From positions 32,001-96,000 of the forward strand of contig JBEGVH010000016.1 in NCBI GenBank assembly GCA_041178425.1: a DNA stretch of 64,000 nucleotides. Direction: 5' to 3'. The position numbers and the translations under genes are program-made. Within the stretch, counting starts at the first letter, position 1, and each line of letters begins with the position of its first letter. The stretch is from Pseudomonadota bacterium. GTDB lineage: Bacteria; Bdellovibrionota; Bdellovibrionia; Bdellovibrionales; Bdellovibrionaceae. This document shows positions 47,051-56,050 of this stretch, one piece after another. The notes under the pieces were generated by a model. It searched no databases, was not told the origin of the DNA, and was given only the letters and a program-made list of their open reading frames with translations.

Positions 47051-48964
47051 TTACTCAGCGTCTTCGAGATAGGTGTATCCCGATAGACCTTCCTCATAGT
47101 GCTTTATAAGAAGCTTGGCATCTTGCTTGCTCAGGTGCCCCTTCAAAATTCCGTTCTCGGTCGCCTGCCGAACCTGTTCAATTAAACTACCTCGAGAATA
47201 TTGAACATAACTCAAAACTTCTGTTACCGTATCTCCGGGAACGTATTGATCAATGGTATAACCACCCTCTGTTAAAGATACGTGGACAGCATCGGTGTCA
47301 CCAAAAAGATTATGAAGATCTCCAAGAATTTCCTGGTAGGCACCCGTCAAGAAAACGCCAACGTAGTAATTTTGTTTACCATTAAATGTATGCATATTGA
47401 GGGTTTTTCGGTACCCACCCGTTTCAACATCGATGAACTTTTCAATTTTACCGTCAGAGTCACAGGTGAGATCAGCAAGGGTCGCCATTCGCTCTGGCTT
47501 TTCTATCAATCGATGCAGCGGCATGACCGGAAACAATTGTCCTACGGCCCATGAGTCTGGCACCGACTGAAAAACAGAAAAGTTACAGAAATAGGTATCG
47601 CAAATTTCTTGCTCGAGCGCCCGGTAAATATCTTCAAATTCGTTCGGGTTCAATTTGGCGATCGCAATCATCTTGGTGGCGATTGCCCAGGCCATAGCCT
47701 CAGCTTCTGCTCGATGCTGCAAACTGAGAACTCCATAGACGAAGAGTTGAAGCGCTTCTTGTTTGATCTGAACCAAATCATTGAAGCACTCATTGAGGTT
47801 TTCGCCATTTACCTTTTCATAAATATACTGCAAATCTTGAAGTAACTTTGGATCATCTTTCTTGATGGGCCTCGGTAGCTCGTAGCGATGCAAGTCGTTC
47901 ACCCCAGTGACATTAAACACTAACACCGAGTGGTGCGCGACTAAGAAGCGCCCGGATTCCGTGACAATGTGAGGATGAGGGATTTTCTTTTCATCACACA
48001 TTGATTGAATAACAGAAATAATATCGTTGGCGTATTCTTGCTCGCTATAGTTCAAAGAACTATCGCTGCTCCCAGTACCATCATAATCAACTCCTAGGCC
48101 CCCTCCAACATCGAGATATTTAAGTCCTGTAGCGCCCATTCCGTAGATTTCGGTGAAAAAACGCCCACCCTCTTTGAGAGACGATTTAATAGCCTGAATC
48201 GAAGGAATTTGAGAGCCAATATGAAAATGCATTAGCTCCAAACAATCCAGGTATCCTTCTTTTTGAAGAAGCTCTAGCCCCTCAACGATCTCGATAGCTG
48301 TAAGCCCGAATTTTGAACGCGCGCCCGAAGAATCGACCCACTTCCCCGCCCCTTGAGTATTTAATTTTGAACGGAATCCAATTTTTGGACGAGCCCCAAG
48401 CTTTTTTGCTGCCGAAAGGATTAATTGGAGCTCATCGTAACGATCTACAACGATAATGGTATTACGACCAAGCTTTTGAGAAAGAATCGCTGTCTCGATG
48501 TATTCTGAATCTTTAAATCCGTTACAAATAATAATGGAATCTTCAGTCGTGGCCATTGCCAAGACGACCAAAAGCTCAGGCTTACTTCCGCACTCGAGAC
48601 CTAGACCAAAGCCTTTTCCATACCTCACAAGTTCCTCAACCAGTTGATGCTGCTGGTTGACTTTTATCGGGTAAACTCCTCGATAAGCTCCTTTATAGCC
48701 ATGATCTTGAATGGCCGTGGCAAAACACTGATTAATTAATTCAATGCGCGAACGGATGATATCAGGAAATCGAATCATTATGGGAACCCTGATCCCCCGA
48801 TCTCGGAGATCCTCGGTTAATTCAAAAAGATCAATGTGCCTTGGACTATTTTGATACGGAAAAATTGCTACATTGCCCTTTTCATTGATTCTAAAGTACC
48901 CCTGCCCCCATTGGTTAATGCCATACAGCTCTGCACTCTCTGAAATAGACCATGATTTAGACAT
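47051..48964 (-). CDS. speA: Biosynthetic arginine decarboxylase
   Basis: YPIKVNQ (PLP lysine), GSKPEL, HFHIGSQI, DVGGGLGVDYDG, TCDSDG, GAYQEILGDLHNLFG; ATG after AGGAG. Confidence 0.97.
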   Translation of the reverse strand: MSKSWSISESAELYGINQWGQGYFRINEKGNVAIFPYQNSPRHIDLFELTEDLRDRGIRVPIMIRFPDIIRSRIELINQCFATAIQDHGYKGAYRGVYPIKVNQQHQLVEELVRYGKGFGLGLECGSKPELLVVLAMATTEDSIIICNGFKDSEYIETAILSQKLGRNTIIVVDRYDELQLILSAAKKLGARPKIGFRSKLNTQGAGKWVDSSGARSKFGLTAIEIVEGLELLQKEGYLDCLELMHFHIGSQIPSIQAIKSSLKEGGRFFTEIYGMGATGLKYLDVGGGLGVDYDGTGSSDSSLNYSEQEYANDIISVIQSMCDEKKIPHPHIVTESGRFLVAHHSVLVFNVTGVNDLHRYELPRPIKKDDPKLLQDLQYIYEKVNGENLNECFNDLVQIKQEALQLFVYGVLSLQHRAEAEAMAWAIATKMIAIAKLNPNEFEDIYRALEQEICDTYFCNFSVFQSVPDSWAVGQLFPVMPLHRLIEKPERMATLADLTCDSDGKIEKFIDVETGGYRKTLNMHTFNGKQNYYVGVFLTGAYQEILGDLHNLFGDTDAVHVSLTEGGYTIDQYVPGDTVTEVLSYVQYSRGSLIEQVRQATENGILKGHLSKQDAKLLIKHYEEGLSGYTYLEDAE

Positions 48965-49034
48965 TAATTCTCCTACAAGCATATGAAAACAAAGATCTTT
49001 TTTAACTTAAGACTCTCTGATCTTCAGGGGGTTT

Positions 49035-49063
49035 AAAAGAGAACCATCAACGGCTTCTCTTTT
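49035..49063 (-). terminator. Terminator-like hairpin in the speA leader
   Basis: Minus strand AAAAGAGAAGCC-GTTGAT-GGTTCTCTTTT, about 70 nt upstream of the speA start. Confidence 0.5.
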
Positions 49064-49271
49064 GCCTTTCTGAACTGCACCAATTTGAAATCCTTGTAAA
49101 GTTAAAAGCTGCCATAAAGGTACAAAAATTGTCGAAGTTTCCTTCAGTTTTTCAGAAAATCTTTCATTTTACTGCAGAACTCTATCCATAGGTCGAGCTC
49201 TGTGGGGCCATAACCTAAAACTAGACGTTTTATTTCTCTCGTTTGTGCCTTTTTTCTGCGAAACTATCCTT

Positions 49272-50252
49272 ATGCTAAAGGCCGTTTTCTCAAGCACTCA
49301 ACGAAGAATCCTTGTCGTCGATGAAGACCTCGGCCTCACATCTCTTATTCGCACAACTCTGGAACACCAAGGACACGAAGTAACTGTCACAGACAATGCT
49401 CTCAGCGCGAAAGAACTCGTTCTTTCGTGGCATCCTCACCTCGTGTTAATCGATGTTCATGCACCGAGCCTGAATGGAATGGATTTGCTCACAGATTTAA
49501 GAGACTCTGAGAGCCTTTGCTCCATCATCATTATTTCGGATAAAAATTCTCCTGATGAAATTGCCGCGGGCCTGGACTCTGGGGCCGACGACTATATTTC
49601 GAAGCCTTTCGACAAAAACGAACTCGTAGCAAGAGTTCGTGCGCAACTGAGACTTCGCGACATGAACGAGCAATTACTTTCAAACAATGCTCGTTTACAA
49701 GAGCTTGTCGATATTGATGACCTCACTGGTTTACTCAATATGCGCTCAACCTTTGAACGCCTAGAGCATGAACTCATGCGCGGAAAACGTCATGAGAGAA
49801 CCGTGTGTGTTATCATGATGGACATGGATCACTTTAAAGGTGTTAACGATGGGCATGACCACCTTTTCGGAAGCTTTGTTTTATCAGAAGTAGGAAAAAT
49901 CATTCGATCATCCATTCGTAATATAGATATTGCCGCTCGCTATGGAGGCGATGAATTTCTGATGGTTCTAAGTGAAGTCGACAAAGAGGCTGCTTTTAGT
50001 TTTTGCGAAAGGCTCAGGCAAAGCGTTGAGGCTTATACTTTCAAAAGCGGATCCGACACCATGAAGCTAACAGCAAGTATTGGTTTTTCACTGACAGATC
50101 CAAAAAGGCCGGATGTCGATCCTAAGCAGCTCGTTCGAGTGGCCGATTGGGCGCTCTATGAAGCCAAAAGATCAGGCCGAAACCGTGTTTGTTTTTTCGA
50201 TCTGGCGGAGCATCCAGAATTCAGCCAGCAAACTTATAAAAAGGCCCAATAA
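49272..50252 (+). CDS. Response-regulator diguanylate cyclase (REC-GGDEF)
   Basis: REC domain (VVDED, LIDV, GADDYISKPF); DDLTGL; I-site RNID; RYGGDEF. Confidence 0.93.
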   Translation: MLKAVFSSTQRRILVVDEDLGLTSLIRTTLEHQGHEVTVTDNALSAKELVLSWHPHLVLIDVHAPSLNGMDLLTDLRDSESLCSIIIISDKNSPDEIAAGLDSGADDYISKPFDKNELVARVRAQLRLRDMNEQLLSNNARLQELVDIDDLTGLLNMRSTFERLEHELMRGKRHERTVCVIMMDMDHFKGVNDGHDHLFGSFVLSEVGKIIRSSIRNIDIAARYGGDEFLMVLSEVDKEAAFSFCERLRQSVEAYTFKSGSDTMKLTASIGFSLTDPKRPDVDPKQLVRVADWALYEAKRSGRNRVCFFDLAEHPEFSQQTYKKAQ

Positions 50253-50291
50253 AGACTTTGCCACAAAGAAAACTACTGCTATTAGAAAATC

Positions 50292-51314
50292 ATGAAAAGT
50301 CATGGCCAAGTAAATCAAAAAAATATTGAAAAAACCCTAAAATGGGCTTCCGTTTTTTCAGTCGTTGTGAGCTTCTGCGTTCTTGGCCTCAAGTCCGCCG
50401 CTTTCTTTGCAACGAATTCCCAGGTTGTTTTATCAGACGCACTGGAAAGTATTGTTAATGTGATTGCAAGTCTCATTGCTCTTTGGATTGTTCATGTTAG
50501 CAGCGAACCCGCTGACGATAAGCATCCGTATGGGCATGGGAAACTCGAATATTTTTCGGCAGCTTTTGAAGGGGGCCTCATCTGCTTCGCCGGCCTAATG
50601 ATTATTGCCGAATCAGTTCAAAGCCTTTTCGAAGGTGAGTTGATCGCGAATTTTGAAGTAGGTTTTCTTTACTCTATAGTCGCCAGTCTACTCAACCTGG
50701 GACTCGGGCTATATTTAAAATATGTGGGCTCTAAACATCATTCAGCAGCACTCAATTCTAGTGGGACCCATGTTCTGTCAGATATATGGACGACTATAGG
50801 CGCACTCATCGGCCTGGGCCTCGTTTGGCTGACTGGAAAGCTTTGGCTTGACTCAATCTCTGCTATAATAATGGCTCTCTATCTGCTCTATAGTGGCTAC
50901 AAAGTTGTTCGCTCCGCGGTTGGAGGTTTACTCGACGAAATTGACAACGACTCATTGGGAAAACTGGCGGCCGTGATTGAGAAAACCCGCTTTCCAGGAA
51001 TCATTGATATTCACCAAACAAGGATGATCCGGGCAGGGCGCTTTCATCATATCGATTCACATGTTGTTGTCCCTGAATTTTGGGATGTTAGTGAAGCTCA
51101 TCATCAAACGACCCTCTTTGAGCGCCTAGTTGTTAAGGAGTACCATTTGGAGGGCGAGGTGGCCTTTCACGTAGATCCTTGCCTGAAGTCCTATTGTGGT
51201 CAGTGTGATCTTGAACCCTGCCCCATAAGAATTGCCGAATTTGAAAAAAGATCACACGTTACCGCTCATAGCTTGACCCAAAAGCCCATCTTAGAAGAAG
51301 AAGATGGTCTATGA
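50292..51314 (+). CDS. Cation diffusion facilitator (FieF-like) transporter
   Basis: SDALES, PADDKHPYGHGKLEY, HVLSD; Cys-rich C-terminus. Confidence 0.92.
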   Translation: MKSHGQVNQKNIEKTLKWASVFSVVVSFCVLGLKSAAFFATNSQVVLSDALESIVNVIASLIALWIVHVSSEPADDKHPYGHGKLEYFSAAFEGGLICFAGLMIIAESVQSLFEGELIANFEVGFLYSIVASLLNLGLGLYLKYVGSKHHSAALNSSGTHVLSDIWTTIGALIGLGLVWLTGKLWLDSISAIIMALYLLYSGYKVVRSAVGGLLDEIDNDSLGKLAAVIEKTRFPGIIDIHQTRMIRAGRFHHIDSHVVVPEFWDVSEAHHQTTLFERLVVKEYHLEGEVAFHVDPCLKSYCGQCDLEPCPIRIAEFEKRSHVTAHSLTQKPILEEEDGL

Positions 51315-52006
51315 ACGAACGTCGTCCTCAACTAAGCCTAACCAGAACTATTCCTAAGCCAACCTATTATATTTCGGCAATAGATGGCGAGTTTGCAGAG
51401 TTTGCCTTCAATGAAGAACGCGCACCACAAAACCAGGGTGCTTGGCGATCTAATGTATTTAAAGTCGAAGACTCCGTCCCCTTAGATCTTGAATTTGGTA
51501 CTGGTAATGGCCAACACTTTGCCCATCACGCAAATTCAAACCCAAATCGCTGCTTAGTTGGATTTGAACTAAAATATAAACCACTCATTCAAAGTATTCG
51601 CCGTACCCTGAATGGTGGAGCAAAAAATGCCAGAATTCTTCGATATCATGCTCACAATGCTGATCTTGCTTTTGCCGAGGGCGAAATTAACAATGTCTAT
51701 GTTCACTTTCCTGACCCTTGGGAACGACCTAAGAAATTTAAAAATAGAATTATTTGCGAGACATTTTTAAATCGACTCTACAAATTACAACGACCCGGCT
51801 CCTTCGTGGAGTTTAAAACAGATTCACGCGAATACTTTCTATGGGCTCTCGAAGAAATCAAGAAAACCAACTACGTTTTAGAATTTCATACTTTAGATCT
51901 TCATCAGTCTGAGATGGCATCAGAAAATTTTATTACGACTTTCGAAAAAATTTTCTTGGGAGAGGGTATTCCCATCAATGCCTGTCGTCTTCGCAAACCG
52001 CTTTAA
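51311..52006 (+). CDS. trmB: tRNA (guanine-N7)-methyltransferase
   Basis: LEFGTGNG, HFPDPW, FKTD, TTFE. Confidence 0.92.
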   Translation: MNERRPQLSLTRTIPKPTYYISAIDGEFAEFAFNEERAPQNQGAWRSNVFKVEDSVPLDLEFGTGNGQHFAHHANSNPNRCLVGFELKYKPLIQSIRRTLNGGAKNARILRYHAHNADLAFAEGEINNVYVHFPDPWERPKKFKNRIICETFLNRLYKLQRPGSFVEFKTDSREYFLWALEEIKKTNYVLEFHTLDLHQSEMASENFITTFEKIFLGEGIPINACRLRKPL

Positions 52007-52012
52007 TTTTTA

Positions 52013-52300
52013 TTACCAGTAGGGGGTATCGATAGTGATGTCTCCAAGAACTTCGACTTGGCAGGTTAAACGACACTGAGATGGTAAATTTTTGATCTCA
52101 ATAAGATGCGCCTCCTCTGATCGAATAGCTGATAAATTTTCTTTGCCATTTAAAACATACACCCAGCATTTCGCGCAAACCGCATCCCCAGAACAAGATG
52201 ATGCAACCGATATTCCATTTTCGAGTAAAGCCTTCATCAGATTCACTCCCATAGGCACCGTAATGGGTTTTTTATTTTTTAAAAAATTGATGGTTGCCAC
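52013..52300 (-). CDS. 2Fe-2S ferredoxin
   Basis: CSGDAVCAKC...RLTCQ. Confidence 0.9.
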   Translation of the reverse strand: MATINFLKNKKPITVPMGVNLMKALLENGISVASSCSGDAVCAKCWVYVLNGKENLSAIRSEEAHLIEIKNLPSQCRLTCQVEVLGDITIDTPYW

Positions 52301-52488
52301 AGTTGCTTACCTCTCTTTTAACGGCATCTCTTTCTTTTCAACAATCCTATAATTTTTATTCCCTCCTCACAAGCTCCACTCTAACAAGTTCCTTCAAGGA
52401 GCCTTTGGGCACCCTCCTTTTAAAGATAAATATAGGTTTTTTACCTGAGTTAGTTTATCTATCATCTCTGACCACTTAGGAGCTAAAA

Positions 52489-53223
52489 TTGGACATGCAA
52501 ATAATCGATCAAAATGAACGCATAGCAATTTTAGGAGCAAGCCGCGGCCTCGGATTAGAACTGCTCAAAAAAATATTAGAAAAGACCAGGGCAAATCTAT
52601 GGGTCAGCTCTCGCAAAATTGGAATTCTTAATGACAATGAATACCTCAGAGAATTTCAAGATCGAATCGAAAGCATCTCGCTCGATTATTCAAAACCTTC
52701 GGATGTTGATAAACTCATTGAGTGCTTGCTGCTCTATAAGCCAACAAGACTATTTTACTGCGCTGGAGGGGGGCCTTTTGGTTTATACTCAGACAAGCCC
52801 TGGCACTCTCATACTTGGGCTTTTAATCTGAATCTATTGGTGCCCGCTCAATTATTGCACACGATCCTTAAAAACAAAGAAAATCATTTTGAAACCTTAA
52901 AACAAGTGATCTTTATCGGCTCTTCAATTGCTGAGAACGCTCCTGATCCTGGGGCGTCTAGCTATGCTTCTGCTAAACACGGACTCAATGGCCTTATTAA
53001 GAGTGTTGTGATGGAAACTCAGGCAACCCCAATCGATTTGCGCCTCTACAGCCCCGGATACATGGACACCGGCCTCCTCCCACCTAACTCACGCCCACGA
53101 CTAGATGGCTCATTGATTGCCGATCCAGAAAAAATAGCAGAAGATCTGCTAGATTGGGCCCATACCCCCATCGACAAGTTGCAGTGGCATAGGGTTTCCA
53201 ACGGTAACGAATTTATGAAATAA
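52489..53223 (+). CDS. Short-chain dehydrogenase/reductase
   Basis: GASRGLG, YASAK, PGYMDT. Confidence 0.85.
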   Translation: MDMQIIDQNERIAILGASRGLGLELLKKILEKTRANLWVSSRKIGILNDNEYLREFQDRIESISLDYSKPSDVDKLIECLLLYKPTRLFYCAGGGPFGLYSDKPWHSHTWAFNLNLLVPAQLLHTILKNKENHFETLKQVIFIGSSIAENAPDPGASSYASAKHGLNGLIKSVVMETQATPIDLRLYSPGYMDTGLLPPNSRPRLDGSLIADPEKIAEDLLDWAHTPIDKLQWHRVSNGNEFMK

Positions 53224-53226
53224 GGA

Positions 53227-54168
53227 ATGATTATGGATAAAAAGATTGAAAACGTTATTATCATTGGTTCTGGTCCTGCGGGGCTCACATCTGCAATTTA
53301 CACATCTCGTGCTCGTCTTGACCCCCTCATGATTGAGGGAGAAGAAGCTGGAGGTCAGCTCATGCTGACCACAGAAGTTGAAAACTTTCCGGGCTTTGAA
53401 CATGGTATCTCTGGCTCTGAACTCATCGACGTCATGAAAAAGCAGGCAACCCGATTTGGCACCCGCTTTCTTACCAAAAATGTGACCAAAGTTGACTTTA
53501 ACCAAAAGCCTTTCAAAATTTGGGTCGGCAACGAAGAATTCTTGGCAAAATCGGTTATCATTTCTACTGGAGCCAGTGCGAAGTATCTAGGGCTCCCCTC
53601 CGAAAAATACTACATGAATAAAGGGGTCTCAGCTTGTGCTACGTGTGATGGTGCCTTTTTTAGAAATCTAGAAGTGGCCGTTGTTGGCGGTGGTGATACC
53701 GCCATGGAAGAAGCGCAGTTTCTTACGCGATTTGCTAGTAAAGTTTATCTTATCCATCGACGCGATAGCTTTCGTGCCTCAAAGATTATGGCAGAGAGAG
53801 TGATGAATCACCCAAAAATTCAGATCATTTGGGACACCGAAGTTATCGAAGTTATCGGCGACAATAAAGCTATGAGCTCTTTAAAGCTTCGAAATCTTAA
53901 AGATAATAAAGAATCTATTCTTCCTGTTCAGGGACTTTTTCTTGCAATTGGTCATAAACCGAACACAGAAGTGTTTAAAGAGTTTATTCATCTGCATGAT
54001 AATGGTTATATTAAAACAGTGCCTGGCTCATCAAAAACTAATATTGAAGGAGTTTTTGCTTCGGGTGACGTTCAGGATCACATTTATCGTCAGGCCATTA
54101 CTGCCGCTGGATCAGGATGTATGGCTGCGATAGATTGTGAGCGTTGGCTAGAAAATCAAAATCACTAA
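53227..54168 (+). CDS. trxB: Thioredoxin reductase
   Basis: GSGPAG, GGQL, CATCD, GGGDTA, HRRDSFRA, YRQAITAAG. Confidence 0.97.
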   Translation: MIMDKKIENVIIIGSGPAGLTSAIYTSRARLDPLMIEGEEAGGQLMLTTEVENFPGFEHGISGSELIDVMKKQATRFGTRFLTKNVTKVDFNQKPFKIWVGNEEFLAKSVIISTGASAKYLGLPSEKYYMNKGVSACATCDGAFFRNLEVAVVGGGDTAMEEAQFLTRFASKVYLIHRRDSFRASKIMAERVMNHPKIQIIWDTEVIEVIGDNKAMSSLKLRNLKDNKESILPVQGLFLAIGHKPNTEVFKEFIHLHDNGYIKTVPGSSKTNIEGVFASGDVQDHIYRQAITAAGSGCMAAIDCERWLENQNH

Positions 54169-54191
54169 ATAAAAATCCCATTGGAGGGGAT

Positions 54192-54704
54192 ATGAAAAAA
54201 ATTAACACCAAGGATTTGGTTGAAAAAATTGAACGTATCACTCGCGCCAAAATGGCTCACCAAGAAGTGGTTCCCTTGGGATCTTTTCGTGAATTGAAGA
54301 AAAAAATGGATCCCAAGGTTATACTCGTCGTCGAAGATGATGAAACAATGAGACTGGCACTCAAAAGAATACTTGAACAAGATTCCTACCTAGTAAAGAT
54401 TGCCTCTGATGCAACCGAACTGGCAAGGGTGCTCGATGACAAAGCGATTGATTTACTCATCTTAGATATTGGGCTTCCTTGGATTGATGGATTCGAATTA
54501 GGGCAAATCTTGAAAGACCATAAAGACTTAAAGAATATTCCTCTGATTTATGTTTCAGGACACGTGACCGAAGGTGATCTCAAGAAAGCCTTCGAAATCG
54601 GGGCCAGCGAATTTTTCCAAAAACCCTTTGACCCCGAAAAACTTAGAAATACCGTAAAGCACTTACTCGCCAATCCCCCTGGACCTTCACTCAATAGAGT
54701 TTAA
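54192..54704 (+). CDS. Response regulator (REC) with a short N-terminal extension and no output domain
   Basis: GGAGG SD; VVEDD, ILDIGLP, KPF. Confidence 0.88.
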   Translation: MKKINTKDLVEKIERITRAKMAHQEVVPLGSFRELKKKMDPKVILVVEDDETMRLALKRILEQDSYLVKIASDATELARVLDDKAIDLLILDIGLPWIDGFELGQILKDHKDLKNIPLIYVSGHVTEGDLKKAFEIGASEFFQKPFDPEKLRNTVKHLLANPPGPSLNRV

Positions 54705-54720
54705 TTCAAGAGGATGATTG

Positions 54721-54750
54721 AAAAAAGGCCATCAAAATTTGACGGCCTTT
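54721..54750 (-). terminator. Intrinsic terminator
   Basis: AAAAAAGGCCATCAAAATTTGACGGCCTTT between convergent genes. Confidence 0.7.
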
Positions 54751-54773
54751 ACAATACCTAGTTTTTAATTTTT

Positions 54774-55316
54774 TTAGTTTGAATCATTTTCGCAGGTTCG
54801 AACCTCTGTCAATAGCTCTTCTTCTTGAGCAAACAGACGATTCTTTTTATCTTCCATGTCGCGAATTTTATCACGCAACTTTTGCTCCTCAACAGCTACC
54901 AACTGCCCTTTTTCATCGTAGCCAAACTTATCAGCATTAATTTGGCCCAGTTCCTGATCTTTTAAAACCATCTGTCGAGCGATCTTCGGCTTCTGCTTTT
55001 TCTGACTCATGCATTCTTCGTAGCGCCCAAAGAGGCCCCTGGTATTGAACCGACGACTTCCGTAGAGCTCATCTTGTTTTTTTCGAACTTCGTAGGAGAC
55101 CTCTTTTAAGTAATCAACAAGCTTTGTTTTTTTCTGAACGATCACCTCTTCGTCTTTGTTAACTCCAAGGGTTTCTTTTGAACTAAGCAATTCAGCACGT
55201 TCAACACTTGTTTTGAGATCTTGAGCTTTAATATCTGCATCTTTCTTTTCTTTTGATGAACAGGAAACAAAAATTAAACAGGTTAAGGCAACAAGGACAT
55301 TCTTTATCATCTTCAT
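54774..55316 (-). CDS. Hypothetical lipoprotein (paralog of 55329-55913)
   Basis: Lipobox FVSC; shares KLVDYL and GxDEK motifs with its neighbour. Confidence 0.78.
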   Translation of the reverse strand: MKMIKNVLVALTCLIFVSCSSKEKKDADIKAQDLKTSVERAELLSSKETLGVNKDEEVIVQKKTKLVDYLKEVSYEVRKKQDELYGSRRFNTRGLFGRYEECMSQKKQKPKIARQMVLKDQELGQINADKFGYDEKGQLVAVEEQKLRDKIRDMEDKKNRLFAQEEELLTEVRTCENDSN

Positions 55317-55328
55317 TTCTCCAGTGAT

Positions 55329-55913
55329 CTATTCGGCTTCTTCAAATTTTGGAAAAGGTTTTGAACCTGAACTAGCTTGTTCGGGATTTTTTAGCTTTAA
55401 TTTACAGTTTTTAGTTTCGGTATCAAACCAGTCTTCTTGTTCGGAATAGGCCTGCTTGTACTCTTCAAAGCGCTTGATACGCCCGGTGATTTCCTCTTGA
55501 GACAAAACCACTAAATTATTTTTTTCATCAACACCCGCTTTCTTTTTCGGGCTCCCAAGTTTGGTTAACAAAACCTTCTCAGGTAATTCTACCATTCCCC
55601 ATTTTCCGGTGTTTTTCTTTTGGAGCTCCGTCATACAGTTTTCAAGTGCTCCATATTTACCGATATTTCCGTAGGACTTATTGCCAAAAAGAGATTCCTC
55701 TGACACATACACCTGCTTCTCGAGATCAATCAGATAATCAACTAATTTTATTTTTTCCTGGATAATTGTATCACCGTCGCTGTTCTTGCCAATCGACGAT
55801 GAAGAATTGATTTGTGTTTGATTTTCCATTTCAGTCTCAATTGACTCTAGTTTTTTCTTCGATGAACAGGCTGTCACACTCATTAATAATATAAGAAAAA
55901 TCCATTTTCCCAT
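55329..55913 (-). CDS. Hypothetical lipoprotein (paralog of 54774-55316)
   Basis: Lipobox VTAC; shares KLVDYL and GxDEK motifs with its neighbour. Confidence 0.78.
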   Translation of the reverse strand: MGKWIFLILLMSVTACSSKKKLESIETEMENQTQINSSSSIGKNSDGDTIIQEKIKLVDYLIDLEKQVYVSEESLFGNKSYGNIGKYGALENCMTELQKKNTGKWGMVELPEKVLLTKLGSPKKKAGVDEKNNLVVLSQEEITGRIKRFEEYKQAYSEQEDWFDTETKNCKLKLKNPEQASSGSKPFPKFEEAE

Positions 55914-56050
55914 AAAATACCTCTTTGCTTGACTAACATTTTAAATACGCGTCTCTCTATGATAGTTTAACCACCAAGACAACCGGCAAGGGATTTTGAT
56001 TTTTTTAGAGCAGACTAGATGAGTGTCTGTGCGACAAGTGGTTTGACGGA

